DNA from: Candidatus Omnitrophota bacterium
Lineage (GTDB): Bacteria; Omnitrophota; Omnitrophia; Omnitrophales; Aquincolibacteriaceae
NCBI GenBank assembly: GCA_043803685.1
Contig: JAZDJU010000010.1
Span: 1-63,370 of the forward strand
Direction of reading: 5' to 3'
DNA: 63,370 bases
A program made the position numbers and the translations under genes. Positions 1 to 9,400 of the stretch are shown piece by piece. Within the stretch, counting starts at the first letter, position 1. Each line of letters starts with the position of its first letter. Below the pieces are notes generated by a model. That model saw nothing but the letters and a program-made list of their open reading frames with translations. It was not told where the DNA came from and searched no databases.

Positions 1-4
1 AGGC

Positions 5-480
5 TTGCATGCGGAAGTGGCGCGTCTCAAGGAACGGATCCTGGATGTGCTCGCCAAGAGCCCGGATGAAAAAGAGTATGTCGCCGCCACACGCAAGCTC
101 TCCCTGCTCAAGCGTCTATTCAGTCTTGAAATGACGCGTTCCGAGTACGAAGAGTTGCGGAATCTGCCTAGTTTATCCAAAGAGCTTGCGGTGGGACTAC
201 AGACTACAGACCAGAGACCAGAGACTAAAACGAAAGGCCTGCAGTCTTCAGTCTCCAGTCTTCAGTCTATTTTCGCGGATGCAGTCGAGTTTTACGAGAC
301 TGCCATCGTCCGCGAAAACAAGATGTTCGCCAACGCTCTGAAGAAAATGGACGAGCGGAAAGAAAAGAACGCCGTGATCGTGACCGGCGGTTTCCACGCC
401 GAAGGTCTCAAGAAACTTGCCGCTTCGCAGGGGTGTGCCTACATGCAGGTCACGCCGCGGATCAACGAGATCTCGAAACG
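5..480 (+). other. Domain of giant ORF: C-terminal part of a TraB/GumN/Tiki (EreA/ChaN-like) fold
   Basis: RENKM (311-325) followed by AVIVTGGFHAEGL (GGFH at 386-397) resembles the RNxxM...hhhGxxH-xGL signature. The rest of the domain lies outside the window. Confidence 0.5.
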
Positions 481-3400
481 CGATCATGAGATCTATCTTC
501 GCTCCATTTTTGGTGCTCGCGATTTTGAATCGTCCCAGATGGGCCAGCCGTTGATCGAAGACGCCTCCATGCGTCAGATCCTTGGTGCGAAGTTGGGTAG
601 TTGGCTTGCTTCCATCCGGGAACTTGTGAAGGGTCTTATTAATTCCGCTCCCGTCCTGGATCGGGCGTCACTTTCATCCGCTCTTTCGAATTCTTCCTTA
701 TTTGGCAACGTAGCCGCAGTTCGCTCGGAAGTTCGCGCCTCGCAGACATTCCTTTACGAGGCTCATGGTGTCCGGATCCATGATCCGGAATTATCCCAAG
801 CGGCCGGCCAGAATCAAATGGCGGAACTTGGTGAAATGCTTGAGGGTGTTGACAATCATAAGATCGCTAGCAATGTGGCCATGCAGCATTTTGCGGAAAT
901 AGCGTCAACATATCCCCGTTCTGTTCGGCAAGCTTTGTCGTTGGAGATCAGTTCCTCTATGCAGTCGCTGGAAGAGGACCCCAGCGGCAACAACGAAACT
1001 GAATTGAATGTTCTGCGCGCAAAGCGAAGGCTGCTGTCGGAGCCCGAATCTTTCGCGACTTCGGCGATCGCCAATCGCTCGGAAGTGCGTAAACTTGGGG
1101 AAGCGGAATTCTATTACAACGCCCATGGGAGCCGGATCCATGATCCAAAGCTAACCCAAAAAGCTGGCGAACAGCAAATGGCGGCGCTTAAAGAGATCCT
1201 CGAGGATGTTGACGGGAACACGATCCAAAGCTCTGAGGCCATGATCGATGTCGCAAAGAGGGTGGCGGAATACAGCCCTTCAGTTCGGAAAGCTTTGGCA
1301 GCGGAAGTCCTCGCTTCCATGGATGTGCTGGAAAGCGGCGCACTGCGTTCTGACAAGACTCAGAGGGAAGTTTTGGTCATGCAGCATCAGCTGCTGACCG
1401 CGGCCGAATCTTTCTTCATCACGGAAACCAGGAAGGCCGCCAGCCGCTCGGAAGTGCGTCAGCTAAAGGGATCAGAATTCTATTACAACGCTCATGGGAT
1501 CGAGATCCATGATCCAAAGCTAACCCAAAAAGCTGGCGAACAGCAAATGGCGGAGCTTAAAAAAATTCTCGAAGACGTTGACGGGAATACGATCCGAAGC
1601 CGTCAGGCCATGATCGATGTCGCGAAGAGGGTGGCGGAATACAGTCTTTCTGCTCGGAAAGCATTGTCAGCGAAGGTTCTCGCTTCTAGAAGGGAACTGG
1701 GAAGCGGCGCGTCTCCTTCTGACAAGACTCAGATAGACGTTTTGGCCGAACAGTATCTTATTCTGATTAGACCCGATTCTTTCTTTATGCAGGAAACCAA
1801 GACGGTTGCCCACCGTCCGGCAGCGAGTGTGCAGGCTATTAAAAAAGCTTTTGGCGCTTATAAGCCTTTTAGCGTGGAGGCCTTTGCTTCCCATTTTAAG
1901 GTCACGGCGGAGGATGCCCGGAAACAACTGGAGAAGATGTGGCGTGCCAGCGACAACATGGACAGGATCAAGAAAAACGGCGCGTATCTTTATTTGTATA
2001 GTCCGATCAGTGTCGCGGTCCAGATTGGGCCGGACGTGAGGCCCGAGGATGTGGCGGATGCTGCGCGAGTGGTGATCAACCATTCTGAAACCAAGGAATT
2101 TTTGGGTGTCACAGCCGAGAGCGCGAGGAAACAGTTGGATGAATTCCTTGCCGCCGGATTCAAAGTGGTTTTGGCGTTCGGCGATTTTCCTGTCACTTTG
2201 ACCAAGGATGGAAAAACAACGGATTTCGAAGCCATGGGGCTAAGGAAGTTTCCGACGGACCTTAAGGCGATTACAGACAAGTTCATGACCCAAACCCTGA
2301 AGTCGAAGGACAGATCGTACGAAACCCTGCGAAAGTTATATCAGGAAGCTGAGTTTATTAGGGAGGCTTCTATTGACCAGCTCATAGGGCAGTTCGGGGA
2401 ATATCTGAAATTGTTTGATTTTAATGAAGAAGAGTTTAGGAATGCTTCGGATCTCACTGCCAGCTTGAAGAAGGAGCATGATCTGAAGGCGAAGATTATT
2501 TCAGAGATAAGCACGAAAACAGAAATCGAGTATGAAATTGGAATTTTGTTTTCCGGGTTGAAGCCCGAAGACGTCAGGGATCTCATTAAGAAGGCGTATG
2601 AGCCGATCGAGGGGATCAAGACGGTTGCTATTTCTGAGAAACTGGCGGAATTCCGCCGGGCTTATACCGTTCAGGCGATCGCTAAGGCTGCGGGAATGAG
2701 CGAAGATCAGGTTGCGGTCCTTTACGGCGGGGGCGGGAATGTGAAGAATTTTGCCGGATTAAAAAAGGCTGGATATGGAGGCGCTTTTATCGGGAGAGCC
2801 TCAGCGCTCGCGAAGGCTGAACCCGGCAAAGATTCAACGGCCAATATCTCTTTTGCCGCGCAGGAAACGGGTGAGAGACTCACTACGATCTATAACGCAA
2901 AATCAACGCGTGCGCCATCGCCCGCCGAATATATGAGCGCCTACGCGGAACGTGGCGTCAATACAGAAAGCGGAGTGAAGATCATTCATGCCGTGAGCCG
3001 TCTTGATTATCGCGCCTGGCAAAGAGAGCTTTCCGGAGAAAAGGTGAGTTCGTTGTTTGAGGATGTCAGTCAGGTTGCGTCCCGTCCACAAGTCACGATC
3101 GTTGCCGGTGCGACGGAAGCCACGCAAGGGATTGGCGCGTATACGGCGCATATTCCTGCTGAGTTTTTGCGTGAAGCCGGAGTGACCCAGGCACTTGTCG
3201 ATCGGACAAAGCCGTATGCAGTCAAGCAGACGCTCAATCTGATCAACGCCGGAATTACGCCGGTTGTGTATGAGAATTGGGAAGGTGTCGCAGAATTTTT
3301 TAAAGCTCTTGGAGAAGAAAATTTAGGCAGCATCGTGGAAATGAATACCGCCGGCATATCCGGCCTGCGGATCACGCCCATTAACGCCCTCCGGCAATTT

Positions 3401-6400
3401 CAAGGCCAGCATCAAGGCGGAGCTGTGTCCAACCGTTCGGAACTGAGAGCGGAAGTGCTGCCGGAAGCGAAATGGATCGAGATCGCTGCCGACGAAGTGG
3501 CGATCAAGCGCGCTTTCGGGACGAATGGGATCCGTTCGGACGATATCGAGATCGACGGCCAGCGGCGCATTGCTGCGGGGACCGCAGACGTGCTGGCGGC
3601 TCAGTGGCGCAAGGCCCATCCGGGGACAGAATTGCCGTGGGTGATGGTGGGATTTGATCCTCGTCCGCAGGGCGATAATGGCTTTACTCCGGGCGAGATG
3701 AGCGAATCCAAAGCCGTCGCGGAGGTTTTTGCGGCCTATGGTTTCAAGGTGTTGTTCGTTCCGAAGGCTGTCGCGGCGCCTTTCATGATCTCGGCGTCCG
3801 GCGAGAACGTGCACCCGAGGGATATTTTTGCCGCCGTGATGAGAACGGCGAGCCACAACGAAGTGGTGGACCCGAAATCCGGCAAGCTGGTGTCCGGGTT
3901 TAAGTTGTTCATGTGGAATGCCCCCGCGGCGGACAGCTTTACGGGACTTATTTCCGCGAAGATCAATGACGCGGAATTTTCTAAAGAAGTGCCGGTGCTG
4001 AACTTCGATCAGGCGGTCATTGAAGGAAAGATCGTGGTGTCAAAAGATGGCGATAACGACGATCCGGATACCGTGGAATTCCGGCGCATGCAGAAAGCCT
4101 TTGATCTCAAAACGATCGGAGACAAGATCCGGGCGAAGTTCCCGGCTTTCAAGATCGCGCTCAATACGATGAATGGAGGCATGTCCCAGTTCGGCCCCCG
4201 CGTACTCCGGGCGATGGGTATTATCAACAATAATAAAGGCTTCTTGGCGTTCAACACGAAGCTCATGAACGATCCGTCCATGAAATCCCAAATGTTGGGT
4301 TGGGTGGAATATCAAGATGCGAATACAGGTGAAATGAAGAGAGTTCGTTTCGCGCCGGATCCGACGCGGGCCTGGATGCGGGGCAAGGATTATCAGGATT
4401 TCGTGGCCCAGGATCCGATGAAGACCCTCGCTCTTTTGATCGACGGGGACGCGGATCGCTTGGTGGCGGAACTCGGCAAAGAGATCATCCCGAACGAGAT
4501 CGGCATGCTCGCCGCTTATTATCTGGCGAAGTACAAAGGTCAAAAGGGGCACATTGTGCGTACGGTGCCGACGACGGGCGGGTTGGACGCGTTGGCGCAG
4601 GCGCTCGGACTCGGGAAGGTGGATGTGACTCCCGTGGGCTCAAAATGGTTTGCGGGTCCAAATAAATATTATGACAGCAATCTAAACGATGTCCTTGTGG
4701 CTGTGGAAGAGAGCGGCCACATTGTTTTCAACAAGAAAGGACAGCTCTTCTTTGATCATTCCATTGGTCTCGCGACGCTCATGCTCGAAATGATGGCTGA
4801 GACGGGAAAGACATGGCAGGAATTGTCGGACGAGATGTGGGCGTTCATTGAAGAAAAGACCGGACAAAAGCGGATCGCGACAGTGCGTGACGGGATCAGC
4901 AAAGAAGATGGCGCCGAGAATTATTATGCTCTCGCGTTGCGTCTCGGTAACCCGTCAGAGGATACGTTTCGGCGTGAATTTGCGACGAAAATGGAAGCAA
5001 CTCTCGCCAAGGCGGGAATTCCGTGGAAGGTTACGAATATGGATATAGCCGACGCGGGCGGCGCCCAGCTTCAGTTCGAAGGCGGGCGGAAGGTGTTCCC
5101 GCGAAAATCAGGAACGGACGGCAGTGTTCGTCTCTACGGCGAAGTGCTCGATACAGAGCGCGATCTGGTGCCTGTCCTGATGAAGAGCATGCGCGAAGTG
5201 ATGGATTTTTTTGTTTCCGCGCAGCGTTCGGAGATGAGAAAAAAGACGTATTTGGCCTCAGCGGCCCTTGGGATTCCAGAGATCGGTAAAAACCTTGCCT
5301 ATTCCGCGGGAGCGGCACTCAGAGCGGTGTTTTGGCCAAATATTATCGATATGAGAAAACAGGGAAAGAACGCGATGGTTCGTAACGACATCCCTTCAGC
5401 CAAAGGCGGAGCTGTGTCCAGCAAACGCTCCGAGGTGCGTGAAGGGGTGCTGCCGCGCGTTGATACGCCGAAGACCCCAGAATGGAAACAATTACGCGCA
5501 TTTGCCAAAGAAATGAAAAAGAAGGCGAATGCTCTCCGGGAACTTTTCCGGAATGATCCTGAGCGGGTGTCAAAGCTCACGATGAATTTGCGTGAGGATG
5601 TTGCATTCGATTTCTCCAAGCAGCGCATTACCGGACCGATTCTGGATACTCTTGTAGCGCTCGCCGAACGGACGGGTGTTTCCGAAAGCATTGAGAAAAT
5701 GTTCACGGGCGCCAGGATCAACGAGACGGAGAACCGCGCGGTGCTTCACGTGGCCCTTCGTAACGTAAAGCGCGATCCGGAAAGCGGCAAGCTCGTCGCA
5801 GCCAATGGACCGATTTTTGCGGACGGAAAAGATGTGATGCCTGGCGTGATCCAGGTGCTGGAACAGATGGAAGCCTTCGTTCAATCGATCCATTCCGGTA
5901 CGCGAGTGGGCTATACCAAAAAAAAGATCAAGAATATTGTCAATATGGGGATCGGAGGTTCGGATCTTGGCGGCAAAATGGCGACTCGTGCGCTCATTCC
6001 TTACCAGTTCAAGAGGAAAGATGGTGTGAACGTTTACTATGTTTCCAACGTGGACGGAACGGACTTTGCCGAAGTGGTCAAGAACCTGGATCCCGAAGAA
6101 ACGATGTTTGTGATCGCTTCCAAGACTTTCACAACAGCCGAAACGATGCAGAACGCGCGATCCGCCAAGGATTGGATCCTCCGGCACTATGGAGTTGATA
6201 CTTCGGATCAGAAAAAAGCAGACGCGGTGGTGAATGCGCACTTTATCGCTTTATCAACCGCTGCAAAACTGGTGCAGGAATTCGGGATCACTCCGGATGA
6301 AGAGCATATGTTCCCGTTCTGGGACTGGGTTGGCGGCCGTTATTCGGTGTGGTCCGCGATCGGATTGCCGCTTGCGACCTACATCGGATTCGATAATTTC

Positions 6401-9400
6401 CTGAAATTTCTCGAGGGCGCGCGATATGTCGACGAGCATTTCAGGACGAAGCCTCTTCGCGAGAACATTCCGGTGATTAAGGCATTGCTCAACATCTGGA
6501 ACGGAAATTTCCTCGGGGCGAGGTCTTTTGCTGTATTGCCCTACGATCAATATTTGAGCCTTTTCCCGGAATTCGCCCAGCAGTTCTTTATGGAGAGCAA
6601 CGGGAAGATCGCAAGCCGGCTCGGTCGATTCGTGCGCTATATCACGGGGCTTATCCTGTGGGGAGCCGCCGGGACGAACGGTCAGCATTCCTTCTACCAA
6701 CTCCTCCATCAGGGAACCCATCTGATACCGGCGGATTTCATCGGTGTCCTCAAGACCCATAATCCTTTGCCGGGGCATCACGAGGAGCTTTTCTCCAATG
6801 TGCCCGCCCAAACGGAAGCTCTTGCTTTTGGCGCTACCAAAGAAGAGGTCAAGGCGTTGCTTGAAAAGGACTTGAAGTACAAAGGACAAGACATTGATTG
6901 GCATGCCGCACAGCAGACCTTCCCTGGGAACAAGCCAACGACTACGATCGCGTTGGATGAAGTCAATCCCGAAACGTTGGGTATGCTGGTGGCCCTTTAT
7001 GAGCATCAGATCTTTGTCGAGAGTGTGGTCCTGAACATCTTTGCGTTCGATCAGTGGGGAGTGCAGCTCGGGAAAAAGGTTGCGCTTAAAGTGCGTGCTT
7101 TCTTGACTGGGGAAAGACCTCCGGAAGAAATCGCATCCGCAGGTATTTCCGCTTCGGGCGAGTGGCTGATCCGCAGATGGCTTACGCGTGGCGGTGGTTC
7201 TCAGGCGGGGGTTGAGTCACAAGGCGGAGCTGTGTCCGAGCAATTCGAGACGCGTCAGCAGGAAAGCCGGGAAATAACAAAAATGCGGCTGGCTTCGATC
7301 CTTAACGGCGTGACCGGAGAAAAGGCGGGCGATAATTTTTTCATGGGACTTGTTGAGGGTTGGGTGAAGGAGTTTCCTGGAGATCTTCGGAGCGAGGTTG
7401 CGGCGGAGATCTCGGCTGCCATGGGAATGCTGGACAAAAGACCTTTCGATGAAACTAGGCTGAAAGTTCTCGAGAAGCAAAGTGAGTTGCTTTCGAGCAA
7501 ACTTCCCGTTGCAGTAAAACAAGCTGACGCGAACCCATCACAAGTTGAGGAGCTTCAAGCATTCCTGAACGAACGGGTTACTCCGTCCACGATCGGGGTT
7601 TCGATGCTGATGAAGGCTGTTGAGAAAGATATGGAAAAATTCGCCCTGCCTTCTCGGGCAGTTCTCCTGGTGGAAGTCAAGGCTGCTATAGAGGAGCAGG
7701 AGCGCCTGCGTGTTGTCGGGACCCAACGGAGTATCATGGCTAAGCAGATTGAATTTCTCTCGCAGGGATCCGCGGATGTCGCCACCCGCTCGGAGGTGAG
7801 GAAGATCGTTGTAGCTGCGTCTGTCGTGGGAGCTCCGGAGATCGGAGCAAACCTCGTCAAGACCATTGTCCGGGAAGGCGCCGTTGTGTCTGGAGCGTGG
7901 AAGGGGAACGAACAGTTTCCTTCCGATGACGTGCAAGTAGTTTCCGGCGAGGGAAAACGTGACCAGAAGTCTAAGGGAAGCAAGCGCTCCGAGGTTCGGT
8001 TTGATGCGGGAAGGGAACCTTCGCCGTACGGTCCGGATGCTTCTCAGGAAGGGTTGAGGCCTCTTTATGAACGGATCGCTTGGGCGCGTGAGCATGCTCC
8101 GAGCTATACCAGGATCAAGAGGATCTACGCGTTTTCGGATCAAAAGCACGGTATGGATCCCAAGGACGCCATTTCTTTCGGCGTTGTGCTGGAAGGTAAT
8201 ACTTCCGCTGACAGCGATGATGTTCTAGTGATCAATCAGAACGCGTCCGTTATGGGCGGTATTTCTGCCGGAGTGCTTGAGCCGGGGACGCATGGTAGCG
8301 TTGCGGAAGCCATTGAGTTCTTCAACAAGAACGTCGCAGACAGCTTGGTGGGTTTGAATGTCTCCCGGCCGGACGAGATCACTGCGAAGATCCTTGAGAT
8401 CGACGAGACCTTACGCAATTTGGCGCGGAGGAGCGATTTGTCGAGCACGAAGACGAAGCAGCGCTTCTCCTATATCGGAGCGGAGATCTCTATCGGTGTG
8501 TCCATGGCCGCCACGTTTGCTCTCGCAGAGGCGTTGGGTGTGCCGACCGAGGTCGTTCTTAACTATCGCTACAATGAATACACGCTCTCGACGGGTTTAG
8601 CGAAAGCGGTTCGCCCGATGAGCATTCCCGTGAATTACAGTGTGGTTTGGGAAGGCGGCAAGCACGGCGTGGCCAAGTATTTAAGCGAACTGATCAGCGA
8701 GGGGGTCATCCAGGACGGTAGCCGTTTCCCGGAAAGATTCAAGGATCAGGCGCTGATCGCCAAGAAGGACAAGAGCATTCTCCTGGCGGCGGTTCCTCCT
8801 CAAGAGCTCCAGATCATGGTCCTTGCTCCTGAATGGGAACAGGCTCGTCTGATCGGGATCAAGTTGACCAAGCTTTATCAGGCAAAACTGAAAGAGCATG
8901 GGATCAAGACCAAGTATGGCGCGGAATCCGGCTTCACAACGGAGCAATTGCGCGACAAGGCTGGAAACCTGATCGATCTGGATCTGGTGTTGGATATTTT
9001 GGGTGAGGCCGTGGACGCTTTGCCGGCTAATGAGGCAAAGTATGTGCGCTATGCGTTGGATATTGCTGCTTCCGAGATGTATATCCCGGAGATCGACATG
9101 TATTACGTCGGTCCCAGCGCGGCCAAGAATGCCGATGGTTTGGTGACGAACGAAGAGTTCACCCAGTACAAGTTGGCATTGTTCCAAAAGTACGGTCGCT
9201 TTATCTCTGTCGAAGATTGGGCCACCGAAGATGAAATAGATCATTGGGAAGGTGCAAAGGCCATCATGGGTTCCATGATCCAGATGGGGGATGATAACAC
9301 TGTCTCACGGGCTGACATGATCAAGAAATTTTCTGCGGTCATGAATGCCCATCTCCAGAAGCCGAATCAGTCGGCTGAAGAGCATGCAGGGATCGAAGCG

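Noticed and set aside
7388..7402. RSEVA (and RSEIA near 11375) as extra processing motifs
   Set aside because: They lack the final Arg and lie inside predicted helices, not at boundaries, so they were not counted.
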